Assembly (NCBI GenBank): GCA_022813865.1
Contig: JALDZX010000012.1
Coordinates: 186,001 to 250,000, forward strand
Origin: Xylographa opegraphella
Taxonomy: Eukaryota
DNA: 64,000 bases
Direction of reading: 5' to 3'
Within the stretch, counting starts at the first letter, position 1; each line of letters starts with the position of its first letter. Of this stretch, positions 49,137-63,453 are shown piece after piece. The position numbers were made by a program, and so were the translations under genes. The notes under the pieces are model-generated. The model saw only the letters and a list, made by a program, of their open reading frames with translations. It made no database searches and had not been told where the DNA came from.

Positions 49137-49751
49137 ATTTGCGGTAAACTTGAGCATGCATTGGGGGAAAGTGGCGTTATGGAGGAATCTTGTCGGCATA
49201 GGGGCCTGTTCTGCGAAACACTACTCTCGCAAATTCTGAACCTCTTCCAGTTCGATAATGATCCTACGGCCTAGTTAAATTTGAGGAGCTTGAGGCCTTA
49301 GAATAACTGTAGTATGAAGAAAGTAAATAGAAGAATAGTCTACATTTTCTCGACAATTGCAGTCGTTGAATTATAAAGACTAAAGAGCTAAGCTCCCAAA
49401 TCCCGACTATTTTACCCTTCCGCAACATACGGCTATCTCTTGAATCTGTTCTCGAAATCGTACAGGATCTCCTAATCGATGGAGAGCTCTCGCTTATTCC
49501 TACCACTTTCCCGCCCGTGTAGGTGTGCAATTGACTGGCTCAGATGAATCCGGCGATTTGGGCCTGAAATGGCAGCTGCTGGCCGCGTCGCAAGTATGTG
49601 CCTCCATTCATCCATCGCTCATCATTTTACGACCTCGCAAGGCAAATACAAAAGAACATCATCGTAACATGGCAAGTCGGGGTGGCTGGTTCTCGTTGTC
49701 GTGAGCTTGAGTGGTGGCCACTGGAGACCTCACCCTCGTCGTCGTCCCGCA

Positions 49752-52026
49752 ATGTCAGGGTACGCAATGGAAAGACTCGATAGCCATGGAAATCATTCAG
49801 CGGGTATAAGCAAGGTAATATAGTCATGTTTCATTTCTCTTTCGTACACTGCTCGAACGACTGTGGCTTGTATCGGCTATCTCATTGATGTCTTTTATGT
49901 CTGTTTTGTACTTCCCTTCCTTGTCAATTCTGCGAGAGTTGCGTGCACCTCAGCGGACGTCGGCTCCGGTTATGTTGTGAGGCTGAAATATGACTCTGGT
50001 CTATCATTGCATCCCCAAAATCCTGAAAAATCAAGATATACTGCTTTGCATACTGACCTTCTATCAGGAGCCTCGACCTGCTGGCAGGCGGCTCAGACGA
50101 CGTCCATTCAAAGTAGTACTAGCAGTTATCGTCACAACCATTGTCATTGTCGCACTTATCCTTGGCCTCTACTTTGGTCTTCATAATCGGAGTTCGAGCA
50201 TTCCCTCATCTCCAGAGTCTCCCGCTTCTCCTTCCTCCGCTCCTTCAGCTGCCCCTTCGAGTTCTCCAATCCCAAGTGGCTCCAGCAACCCGCCTGCTAC
50301 TCTCCTGGCTTCCGCCCCGGCAAGTAGTTTCCCTCCGATCCAAGAATCTTTCGTGAGCTTTGCCGTCGAGTTCTACTTCTTCCCTGATTTCTCAGGTCAG
50401 TCTCTGTGGCTGAGGAAGCACTCGTTGCCTTTACTGATGAATCCTCTTAGGAAACCTCGCCTCACCAAATACGTTCTCGGATAACCTCCTTAACAATATT
50501 GGCAACATCAGTGGCACGAAGCCATATATCCGCGTGGGTGGTAATACTCAAGACCTTGCAATATACGATGCAGCTCTGCCCGTTGCCACCCAAGCGACGT
50601 ATATTAACGGGCATCCTGGAGATATTTCAATCGGACCCTCTTTCTTTGAAGGATACAGCTCTTTCCCAGGCTCGAAATTCATACATGGACTCAATCTGAA
50701 GAATGCTACCAACTCAGCCATAGGCTGGAAGTCGTTGGCCGATGAGACATCGGTAGCTTGCAAGGCGTTGGACGGGAAACTTGTATGGTGGGAGTATGGC
50801 AATGAGCCAGACGTGTATCCGAGATCACCTTCCACATGGAACGCTGCAACATATGTGGACGATTGGCACAATGGAACTGCTGCCATCCAGCAACAACTGA
50901 GCAGCTCATGCCCTGATATGTCATCTGGGAGCCACTATGGCTTTGTTGGGCCTTCACTTCTCGGAACGAGCGGGCTTCCTCCGGTGCAGCTGTTCAAGAG
51001 TGGGCTGAACGATAACGGCGAGGTCAAGCAGTATACCATGCATCAGTAAGTAGTCTGAATCTCAGTCCCGGCCTGCTTTCTCTTCAGTACCACTGAGACA
51101 CAATTCGAACTAACATTATTGAAAAACATAGTTACATGGGGAGCGCTACAGACAGTGCCACTCTACAATCCAGTCTTATGAACCACACAGCCGTCACGAC
51201 CAAACTAGCCTCCATCGTCACAGAGATATCCAATCTCAACAACCCTTCCCTCATCAACCCTACCAGTACGTCCCACTCACCCATCACACCCCGCTCTGTC
51301 CGATCCGTCTCACTAATTCCCTCAGACGCGGCACAAAACTCCATCCCATTCACTCTCGACGAAGCCAACAGCCTCCTCAACGGCGCCCCCGCCGGGCTCG
51401 ACATCCTCTCAGTCTTCGGCTCCGCGCTCTGGACGGTCGACTACATGCTCTACTGCGCCTCCATCGGCCTGTCGCGCGTGCACATGCAGCAAGGGACCGG
51501 CTTCCTCTACAACAGCTGGCAGCCCGTCGCCGTGCCGGCCAAGAACATGGACATCGCCACCTCCCCGCCCTACTACGGCAACGTCGCCGTCGCCGCCATG
51601 CTGGGCGACCTCACCAAAGCCATCCCACAGATCTTCAACGTCCCCCTGCCCGGAATGGGCGACTACGCGAGCGCGTATGCGGCGTATGTCGACGGCACCA
51701 GCCTGGTGCGAATCGCCGTCGTGGATCTTCGCGCGTACAACGCCTCCTCGGGAGTGCCGCGGCCGAGCAGTACCTACACCTTCGTCCTGCCCAGCGCGTT
51801 GGCCATCCCCGACGGCCGCGAGGTGCGCGTACAGCGCCTCTTGGCCGCGGGGAGCGATGTCCGCACCGGCATCACGTGGGACGGCTGGAGTTATGCGTAC
51901 GAGCTGGATGGCGGCCGGCCGGTGTGTATGGCGAATGTGACGGTGGGGGAGACGGTCGTGGTCGGTGGTGGGCGGGTCGCTGTCGATCTGGTGCGGAGCA
52001 GTGTGGCTGTTTTGAGCTTTTCGTGA
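49752..52026 (+). CDS. Glycoside hydrolase family 79 (beta-glucuronidase/heparanase-like), type II membrane-anchored
   Basis: Probable exon 1 at 49752-49814; exon from 50068 with RRLRRR + TM helix + Ser/Pro stalk; SFAVEF, IRVGGNTQD, WEYGNEPD (acid/base), LDEANS (nucleophile), FGSALWTVDY, MQQG, PYYG; several introns. Confidence 0.9.
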
Positions 52027-52044
52027 TGGGGTTTGGAGTTTTCT

Positions 52045-52130
52045 TGGGGGGGGGGAAGGGATGGTGGGTGAATGGTTGGATGGGTAGGGGTTGGATGGGC
52101 AGGGGCTGGATTGGATTGGATTGGATTGGA
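52045..52130 (+). repeat. G-run-rich low-complexity tract ending in (GGATT)n
   Basis: Poly-G plus many GGG runs, followed by GGATTGGATTGGATTGGATTGGA. Confidence 0.8.
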
Positions 52131-52930
52131 CGTCAATGGTTTGAGGGGCGTGGGATAGGGCGGCGGGTATATATACATCCTGAGAAACGACTTTTGCTTG
52201 CTTTCGGGATATCTGGTAGCGCAACACATTTGTTCTCGCTGTGTTCACAACTTTCAAGGATACCTTATTAGTAGACATCGATCATGACCCATCAAAGATA
52301 GCAAATCCCCACCGTATGGTCGCCCAACGCGCACGTCTGCCTTCAAACCCACACACAGTCCACCCATCTATCCATTCCATCCACACCTCACGAGAAACCC
52401 GCCCCCACTGCAGAAAAGCGGCTCCCGGCTCTCGAGATAACCCCGCGGGCGGCACTCATATAGCTTGAACCGGGCAAGGAACGCAGCGGTGGGCACTACA
52501 GGGAGCAGGAGGGGGTGAAGGGATAGAAAGGAGAGGGGAGATGGATTGGGGCTCGGGTGTGAGAGGTGAAAAGATGGCTGGTCATGGTCCCAGGGGGGGA
52601 TGAGGCCTGGGGAGATGGGTATCTCCATGGGCGGTGGTGTAGAGGGTAGGGATGGTGGAGGTGCGAGATGGGAAGGGTGTAGGGTGTAAAGTGGTAGCGA
52701 GGAAGTACGTGGACGCGGGAGGGTATTGATGCGCTGCGAAAGGTTAATAGAAGTTGCGGAGTGGGCTAGCAGGAGCCCAAGGCGGCCGGTTGGTTATTGT
52801 TTGTGGATAGTGCAAGAAGGGGTATGACAAGTTGAGCGGACGGGGTGATCTATCTAGCCATGAACGCCCACCGTCGGTCCTTCCACCGAACCCCCAAATG
52901 TTAGAGCGAGGCTGCGAGTGGCTCAAACAT

Positions 52931-54838
52931 TCACCTCACGACATCCTGCTCCCGCACCACGTCCTGGCCCCGTAGGAACGTCACATGCTCGTGCCTGGCG
53001 GCCTGCCCGCGGTAATGCTTCCTTCCCCTCGCGAACCAGTCGACCGCGATGATGGACGCTACCACGCCGTAGACGGCGGAGACGTAGTTCATATCTGGAT
53101 CATCAGCAAGCCTACGGGAGGGAGGGTGCGGGGGATTGGCTCACTGTTTGGTAGTACGGGTTGCACAGAGGGGAAACTGTACATGATGAAGGTGAACACC
53201 GTCCAGGTAAGAAGGACGCAGTTCGAGACGAGGCCGGCGGGGCCCATCCAGAAAGGGCCGTGCACGATGTTGTCACGGCCGCGAATGAGGAGGCAGGTTA
53301 CTGGGATTGCGTACGAGATATATAGCAGCACGATGCAGCCGGTGACCATACTAGAGGAATTTGAGTGTCAGCATTTGATCTAAAGTTCTCCATATTATCC
53401 GAGGAATGGTTTCGTCCGGCTGGGAAACAATAGGCAAGAACAGAGTTCATATAATCAAGTCAAGAATATCGGCTAGATGAATGAGGAGCATAAAGCGGCA
53501 TTTTGCTGGAATTTTGAACGCTTGAGGATAGATTACTTCAAGAGCGAAATCATGATTCAGCTCACCTGTTGAAAGCCGTATACGATCCCAGGTACAGGCA
53601 GCCTAAAGCCCCTACAATTACACAGCTCACAAAATGAGCCTGGACTGGGACGTCCAATTTTGGATGCACATGGCTCAGAAATCCTGCGAATGGCACACCC
53701 CTATCTCGGGCAAAGCTCCAGCATAGTCTAGATTGCCAAGTATGGCTGGCAATCAGACATCCGACTCCTGTTGCAATAATCATAGTCTCCAGAAAGATGG
53801 CACCTGCAGTGTTACTAAGAGCTTGGTAATACAGTTGAAGAATTGGTACACCTGTCAAAGTATTGAACAAGTCCTCCAGACTTTGCATGCTGAAGAACAT
53901 GGAGACCGAATAGAACCAAGCCGTGACGAATCCAATGGCTACTGTCCCCATGATTGCAATTGGTATCATCTTCTCAGGTTTGTGTACTTCTTCTGCCATA
54001 TGTGTCGCGCAGTCTAGACAAGCGAAGGCGTAGTTTGTGTTTATGAGGCCAACGATGAAGGCAATACCATTTGAGGCCCAGCCGGTATTGTTGACAAAGT
54101 TAGCAAACACAAATACCGCATCTTGATGCGTCGGAGCTCGTGCTGGAACGACGATGAGAGTTACAAAAAAGGATATCAATGAAGTGTACAGAGCCACGGT
54201 TGCCACGGTCGGAAGAATTCTTCCATAGCAATTAAACACAAAAGCAAAAGCATTGATGACTTGGTAGGCAACTACCAAATGCCAAGGCTGAATGACGCTG
54301 GAGAATATCAGTATACTGAACTCGCACGGTTCCAGAAGGCATACAAATCTGGATGCGCCAGCTGATAACAACCCACAGCAGCACTCGCGGTCCCCAAAGC
54401 CACACTTGCTGACGTGAACATACTCCCGGCCCAGGCAACCCATCCAGTCAAATAAGACGCGAAATTGGCGTACTTCCGAGGTGCCAGCTCGTTGGCCCAA
54501 AAGTATTGTCCTCCAGCATTGGGAAAAGCACTCGCGAGTTCGGATAACGAGATTCCCACGCATATCGAGATCAAGCACATGAGGATAAGGCCATAGATAA
54601 TAAGAACAGGACCTCCAGAGTTGATGCCCGTAACGAGCGCAGCCGAAATTCCCCACCATGAATTAGTGAGGGAGAAGCCAATCCCGAGGACTGACCAGAC
54701 GGAGAAATTCCTCTTTAGGTCTTGCTGATAGCCCATTTCAGCTAACTTCAAAGCATCGGCATCTATTGACTTGAGCTCTGCCATATTGTCGTCGGAGACG
54801 CTCCGCTCGATAGTCATATCGTTCTTCTCGTCTGCCAT
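52931..54838 (-). CDS. Amino acid/choline permease (APC superfamily, Hnm1-like)
   Basis: LAEMGYQQDLKRNFS, NSGGP, ELASAFPNAGGQYFW, CLDCATHMAEE, SRLCWSFARDRG, SYTAFN|SMVTG, MNYVS; three introns; stop at 52931-52933. Confidence 0.92.
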
Positions 54839-54904
54839 CTTCGCGACTACGTCGAAGCAAGACCCCTATGGCCGTTCGAGACAGAGGCTCTTGAATAAAA
54901 AGAT

Positions 54905-55675
54905 CACTTTGATAACCTCGACAGCCAGCAAACTCGGGAGGTGAAGGATGTAGTGTGTGAACCAAGCTGACGGAACACTCGCAGCTCTCTTGTCAATCAG
55001 AGATTAGCTCAATCTGCCGCTTATTCCCTTAGCCACTGCATCAAAAGCATCGTTATCACGCTTATCCATCAGCTAGCTAATCAATATATTGCCGGTAGTC
55101 ACAGCAGGACAGAACCTCGGCAGTCAATGACCTAAAGCTTCTGTCCTCGCAATGAAACGGCGCAGGCATATGACGGACCGACCATCGATTGAGGTGTGGG
55201 AAAAGCCTTATCCTCGGCCGGGGGCTAACCCTCGTCGAGGCGGTAGCAGTCGTGGAGATTGCACCAATTGCTGGCAGTCGCCAGCGCTTCCCTTCATGGA
55301 TGACCATGGATGGCACGGTCATCGTGCAGATAACATTTCCTTGTCATGCTGCCTGGGTCGAAAGCTCGTGAGGGGAGCGGAGAAAGTCATGGGATTGATT
55401 GGACGATGAAGCCGAGAGGTCAACTAAGCAACAATTTAAATGCAAGCCACAGCTCACCCGTACCACTTACTTATCCTAACGAAAGGACCTGGAAAGAATC
55501 AGGATATATTGACCGTAAACAGAAGCGCGGCAGCCTCAACTATCGTGCCCACCACTAACGACTCAATCAGACGCGCACCAGCGAAAGTGGATGTAATTTG
55601 TAGGTTTTCTTGGGTGAAAAGTCTTCTTCGGCAGCCTCGTCGCTCACCCTTTTCCCCCTTTAACCTTATCGTTGC
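54905..55675. promoter_or_regulatory. Cluster of GATAA/TTATC motifs upstream of the permease (possible AreA/NIT2 nitrogen regulation)
   Basis: GATAA or TTATC at about 54911, 55053, 55062, 55208, 55329, 55471 and 55666. Short motif; function is inferred only. Confidence 0.35.
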
Positions 55676-55855
55676 GGCTTGTCCCGATCTCCCGGCCGGC
55701 GCCGGCGCCGGCCACGCTAATCCCTATCCGAGTATCAAACTCTCAATGCCAATGCCGTCACACGAAACACAAGTGTACACCAAGCTTGCCACACAACCAC
55801 GTAGAACCAGTCAAGCAACTTACGCTGTGCTCGCGGATTAAATCTCTCTCATTAA

Positions 55856-57172
<1,317 letters not shown>

Positions 57173-57605
57173 CTTCGAGGCGGGAAGGAAGCGGTCTCGG
57201 AAGATGCCATATTTATCATAGTCCTTGTTTTAACGGCTTCCACGATCTTCATGCTGGTGTTCAGACCTGAATTCATGTCTATATGCTTGGGAAAGATCCG
57301 GGGATGGCGGAGAGGTGCTACCGAATAAACCCTATAGAGGATTTGTGAATAACAATACGAACAGAACACTTTCGATCGAGTGCGCTGTTATGAAATTTCT
57401 TGTTCGAGATAGTAGTGCCCGAATGATACCTAACCCTCAGTCAACCCACCAAATCCAGTTCCGAACCAGCGGCAATATCCCATCTCAACAGGAAATAGCA
57501 AATACGATCCACAATCAAATGGGCGCGCAAATTACAAGATTTGATCCGAACTACAACAAAAGACCCGGACGAGTATCATAACCCAGCCGAGACCACGTTT
57601 CGTGC

Positions 57606-59445
57606 TCACAGCGTCGGTACACAGTATAGCGGCTCTTTCCGCTGCACTGGACTACTTCGCCTGGCCCTCGGTGTATACCTAGGCGGCATTTCGAGTTCCT
57701 CTCCGTAATCGTTCTGTAGCGGGTAGTTATAGTCAACGTGATTGTAGCTCTGCGCCTGGATGATACCGTGTCTCGTCCGTTGCGACTCATCCGCATTCCA
57801 GTTCAAAGGATGGTCCTGTGGCTGTGAGTAATAATCTTGTTGAGGTATCTGCAAGCCATAATTTGGTCTTACAACCGATGTAGCTTGATCGCTGGCACTG
57901 CCGCTTTCTCTTTCGGTGGGCTTGTTGACGATCATGAGATAAAGAACGTCGTTTTCCATGCCCGCGCTCTTGAGGCTCTTCAACAGGGTTTGTCGGGGCG
58001 CTCCGTTCTCAGCACTGGATCCAGGAACCATTCCTTTCAAGCCGCCAATGAGACTCGGTCTTCCATTCTTCTTGTCTGCCTTCCTCTGGTCTTTGAGGGC
58101 TCTTCTGTCGCTTTTACTTTGAGACTTGCTAGAGACGTAGTTAGGATCCCCGAAACGGCTGGCGAAAGTCGGGGCAGGACCGACGGAGAGGACAGAGTCT
58201 GGATTAGCTTGCACCTGTGAAACAATATCAGTAACCAAAGCGTGAGCTGCGAACAGAGCTCATTACATATCGAGCCTGCGCTCTACGATCACTGTAGTCT
58301 GCCACAAATTCACTCATCTTAACAAAAGTGTTCCTCGGTTGGTCTGATGAGCCCGGCCGAGAATAGGGGAAAATAAGAGGAGCAGACGGCGGAAGTTGGA
58401 ATTCTCCATAGGTTGTATTCTGAGCAACTTGAACACTTCGTCTATCTCGTAGTGGAGAAAACGAATCGCATTGCATAGCTTGTGACGAGGGGGACGACGT
58501 ATCAACATTTACAATCTGGGATTTTTGGTCTGGCTTGAATGTCATGACCAGGGCAAAAAGACCACGAGGCGCGAAGAGTTGTGTATTGGCCTTATCGAGG
58601 TAGCTATTTGATCTGTGGTGTACCTATATAAGCTCGTCTCCTAAGCCTGGCGTTCAGGTACTCACTGTTGTTTTGTCTGAGCCTGTTTTGCAAATCTTAC
58701 GGCGACAGGAACAGCTATGGACACGACGATAGGGGTGATGCCAGGCGCGAAACCTACACCAAGGGCCGCAATGTTGACAACGTCAAGGTATGGTGACGAC
58801 TAAATAGGCTATATCAGTCTCCAGGTTCATCTGATATACTTCTTGCTATGAATTTCTGAAAATGGGATACGGACCTTACTTGCTTCGTTGAAGGAGTCTA
58901 TAAAAGAAATGAATTCCGCTTGATCAATACCACAATCCATAAGAGCAGGAGCATAGGCACGAACCCAACCACGACTCTTGTCTTCTGGTCTTCTTTGGGG
59001 TATTATGACTGGACACGCCAGATGTCCCGAAGTCATTGCGGATAAGTTACTTGGAAACTGTCGATTAAAATATTCACCATTGTCAACATTCCTGTCGTCC
59101 CATGTACGGTCTTTCGAATCCGGACCAAGTGCTTTACCATAGTCGTCATCTATAGATCCTTGCGGATCGATGTCGTTAAGAGAATAGTCTTGATTGTTTG
59201 CCGATCTACAGGAACTCTGCCATCTCTCTTCATGAACCGGACTTCGGCGATTATTTTGAGGTCTTCGCAGAGCAGTCGACCCTCCTCGAGTCAGTCTCTA
59301 TACAGCACACTATTTTGAGAATGCACATACTTTCATATGTGGAAGAGTCATAAACTCTGGCTGTAGTTTTGCCATTGCCATTACTGGAAGCAACTTCAAT
59401 AGCAAGGCCAATGCCATTTGATAGCAGGCTTCTAATTCTGCCCAT
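57606..59445 (-). CDS. Conserved fungal protein of unknown function (PQRRP..K.RGW/FVRAYAP family)
   Basis: MGRIRSLLSNGIGLAIE; PVIIPQRRPEDKSRGWVRAYAPALMDCGIDQAEF, SSPYLDVVNIAA, YLDKANTQLFAPRGLFALVMTFKP, LPPSAPLIFP, DYSDRRAQARY, SRFGDPN, DVLYLMIVN; multiple introns. Confidence 0.8.
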
Positions 59446-60739
59446 TACGTAAAATAGAAAAGATGCCCTTCAGATAGAAATGGACCGAGGAGTGTGATCT
59501 TACAGAAAAATTGACAACGTGAAAAGGAATCAAGGTCCTTATACAGTCATTTGCGAAATCCTGTCCCAAGAAACAGGCCGATGACTTCATTGGCAAATGA
59601 CCCATAGTGCCCCAAATGAGGATACAGCTGCGTGAGCGAAGGTGCATATGAACAATGAACATGATTTGGCGCATAGAGAAGCTAGTACCTCGTAGTGCAG
59701 TAAGATAATCGGTTGTAGGCTGTGCTGTACTCTGGACTCCATGCAGCTCGCCACAACCTTCAGTACGACAACAAAGCAGAAACCATGTAAGACAGGTCAG
59801 GAGTGACCGAGCAGCTTCTACATCATTGTTGTCACTTTTCCCGAGGGCTGGGTGGTCTAATGCTATACTCGCGTCTGGCATTGCGGCAAATACGCCTATG
59901 ATAGATCTACCACGATGCTTTGAGGACGTATAGAGTTAGCACCTCGCGCAGATAGGACCGGGAGCAGCCTCGTCGCGGCAGCTCTCGCTCCTCTTTTGTG
60001 ACTGAGGAACCACTCAGCCAGTCGGAGTTTTCGAATGCTCGGCGGACCAAGTTTTGGAAATCGAGCTCTGCGAGCTGCTAAATCGCTTTCGGCCTAGCGT
60101 AGTTTTCTTATCCCTAGTCAGGGCAAGAATACACGAAACTCGTCGTTGATTCCCCAGGAAGGCTGCGTTCTGCTTACTGAAGGGTGCGAATGGTCCTCCT
60201 ACCTTCTCAAGGATTAGGCAACCATGATGCTATGATTGAAAAATAATCGAGACCCATTGCCTTTCAGACATTGTTTATTGCCCTGCCGCCAAATTCACCT
60301 AATGTACTCCCGTGAGGTATGGACGGAGTACTACGCTAAGAATTTTACATAAATCAGCATGGAGGAAGTATTATCTGCGGAACGCTTGATAAAGGCTCCC
60401 TACCGCATATTGTTTCTTTGAAGACTTGCTATACCCACTCTTCTTCTATCCGGAACACTAATGGCATGAGGGCGGCCACATCTACGACCACCAATCCAAA
60501 GCTACATCTGTGGAGTATATTATTGGCACTTGACAATCTATTGGTCTCCGAAGACGTTGAAGAACTGCGGGCCACTTTGAGTATTCTAACAGACTTTGAA
60601 CGACGATGACCCCGACAGCAAGGTACTATAGTTGTATGTTTCTCCAGGTTCTATTTCCCCTGACGCCAGACAAATTCAATTATCGAACATACTGTACAAC
60701 CGCCGTGGAGTTCATCCACTACTGTGTCTCGTTCTCCAT

Positions 60740-62501
60740 TCACCACTCCTCCGACACTTCTTGTGTTAGATCAAGGTCTATGACATTCCTGCCAGGTGGG
60801 TCTTTTCCAATCCTCAGAAGATGAGCTAACGCCGTAGCCTGTCTTATGCCCATCACCTCTGCAATCTTCTTTAGCCTCCCTATCACCCATGAGCGCATCA
60901 TATCCGAGACAACATTTGTACAAGCTGCAGTATATAATGGCCAGAGAAGGAGGTTGCCCCCCGCAGCTGCCGGTGGCACCTGTGTAGACTCCAGACCAGC
61001 CTGGTGGTTGTGATATCCAAAATAGAAGGGGACGCTTGCACATACGTCCTGCGTAAGCTGCACGAGAAGTGACTTGCAGCACAGAATATGTGTCTCGTAA
61101 GGCAGCGACGAATACTCATTGTCCGGCTCTAGGTAGTCTGAAGGGTGTTGACTAAGATGGGCAAGCTGCTCGAGAAGTAACTCGTTTAGGAGAATACGAA
61201 TGCTACGGTAGGAGTTCCATGTCCATGCTGTCCATATATTGTCGTACGTATGATAGAGATCGGAGAATACGGATTCGGACCGCGATTGTATTGTCACAGT
61301 ATTATAGACATACTGTTCCGGGCATCTCATGGCCCAGTCTGCTAGCTCGGCGTCGATATGAAATGCGGCGGAGACCACCCGTCCAGAATCACGATAGTCA
61401 TGGAATGAGTCCATACTGGCGCGGAGATTGCAGAACTTGGTGACGATAATGGATAGTTTACTCGAAATGATTTCTCCTGGGTTTTCGTAGGCCATGGCGG
61501 ACTGCGTCCACTCGAGCATATCATCAGGGACACGAGCACGGCGCTGCATACAGTTGATGATCTAACTTTCACTTAGTAAAAGAGCTGCCTCGGAACTTCA
61601 CTGAGAGCTTACTACTTGGCCCCGAAGTTGGACAAACAGCTGATGCCCTATTCGAGTCTGGAGTTGTTCCTTCCCCCGAAGACGTAGTAGCTGTACGGCG
61701 CCACTGATATGCTGGGTCCATGATTGCATGGAACGAGGAGTAGTGCAGGTATTTGTCTAAATGCGTCGTGTTAGTAAGGCTGGAAGCACTTTTGAGCTGC
61801 GATGTTTACCTCGTATAATCCTAACAACATAACGGTAATAAGGATTTGATCCGCCTTCGCGTCCTCTACATCTCCTAGAGCACTGTTAGTGGCCTGTAGC
61901 GTTAGGCTGTACCTTTCTTTGGCGGGTATCATAATTTCTGAGGCGTGTTTGGTGTTTGACAAGCCCACCATACCGAGAGATACTACAGCATCAATCAAGG
62001 AGCTTCCCACCACATCATTACTGATAAAAATAGATGGGAGGTAGTCGAAGTAGCCCTTTGAGAACTGAGGGCACTCAGAGACATAGTTCTGGAAGAAATA
62101 GCACATTGCTTGAGTTTCTATCGGGACTGAGAGTGCGCATGGTGGTTTGACTGCGAACCAGTTAATGCCCAGTAAATCTGGTTTGGCAGTGGTCCGTGTT
62201 TGTGGAGGGACATCAATCATCATTGAATCAGGCTCTGAAGCCGCTCGCTGCAATTTAGGGTTGGAGAATAGATGTGATTGGTCCCGGAATGATAAAGACA
62301 GTGGGTCTCTGTACCCTGTGCAGACACGACCAGCCCGAATGCATTGAGTGCAAGATGGTCTCAATGTATCACACTTGAGAATATTAATTAGCATGAAGCT
62401 TGCGGTACATCTCTGAGCATAATCGCTGAGTTGGTCCTTACCCTGGTTCTCTTGAATCTACAATGAGCACATCCCTTACTGGGCTTTCCGCAATAAACCA
62501 T
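60740..62501 (-). CDS. Zn(II)2Cys6 transcription factor with a fungal-specific TF domain
   Basis: MVYCGKPSKGCAHCRFKRTR|CDTLRPSCTQCIRAGRVCTGYRD (six Cys); LLGLYE, HISGA..LL.LRG, DVCASVPF, LLWPL. Confidence 0.93.
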
Positions 62502-63453
62502 TGCACTGTAGGTATGTGATAATGCGTACAATCAAGTGTGTATTGGACTTCTTTAGCTGTTGATATAGGGGCGGAAATGTATATGAAGAAAACAGCGAGG
62601 ATTGTGAAAAGTGATAAGATCAACAGCAACTCTTCAACCACCTATGAGATGCAAAAAAAAACCACTACCGGAGCCTTAACAACAGAACGCGGCACAATCC
62701 ATTAATGATATCCGGTCCTCCAGTAACGATGATTAATCACGTAGGAACTAGGTGTGCCCCCTTGGAACTCTAACGAGTAGCAGATGGAGTCAAGACAAGT
62801 TCGTGATGGCAAGGAAACAAGGTCAACGTCGAGGTCAGTCATATTTACAGTTTAATGAAGTCCTTTAGTGGTGTGAGCGGTGAGGCCCATTCTACACGTG
62901 ATTGCGTGATTGTGTCGGGAAGCCTAGGGCCGTTGACCGACTTGTTGTTCTCCAACATGCGGAGTCATCTCTAAGGCGTAGAGGCTCTGCTCTGCTCCAA
63001 TGGAATACGCGTATTTCGCTTAGCACATAGGGAAAGTGTTAGCATCTCGTAGCGGCGCCTGATTTAGTATCCTAGTCTAGCGTCGCTTTTCCATTCGCCG
63101 ACCAAACAACCTCCATTCATACCTTGCTGATAGCTAGCACAAGCCTCCTTCCAAAATGAGCTTCATGAACCCTCTCAGGTACGCGTACAGTCAGTGAAGC
63201 ACGCCGCTACGAAATTGCTTCTGTATTGGGCTCCTCGTGCTTTACACTATGATGGACAGAGACTGCTTTCTCAGGTTTGCTATAAGACTCTCATGATGGA
63301 CGTTTTCCTGTTTCGTTTTTCGCTCTGTGAAATATTATCCCCTGCTTGCTGTCTACATCTCTTCAATTCTCTCATCTGCTACAACCTTGGTAGCATACAT
63401 CTTTCATATTACCCATCACTTCCTTCTTCTATTCAGAGTTCCTGTCAAACACG

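Noticed and set aside
51409..52278. 289-aa minus-strand ORF
   Set aside because: Antisense shadow of the high-GC3 GH79 exon plus low-complexity sequence.
52931..54838. Choline-type permease as part of the GS-like amine pathway or the glycan cluster
   Set aside because: It lies 50 kb from the GS-like gene and is a common housekeeping permease; adjacency to GH79 alone is not evidence.
55694..55713. 20-bp perfect GC palindrome between the permease and APT1
   Set aside because: Low-complexity (GCCGGC) tandem; no evidence of function.
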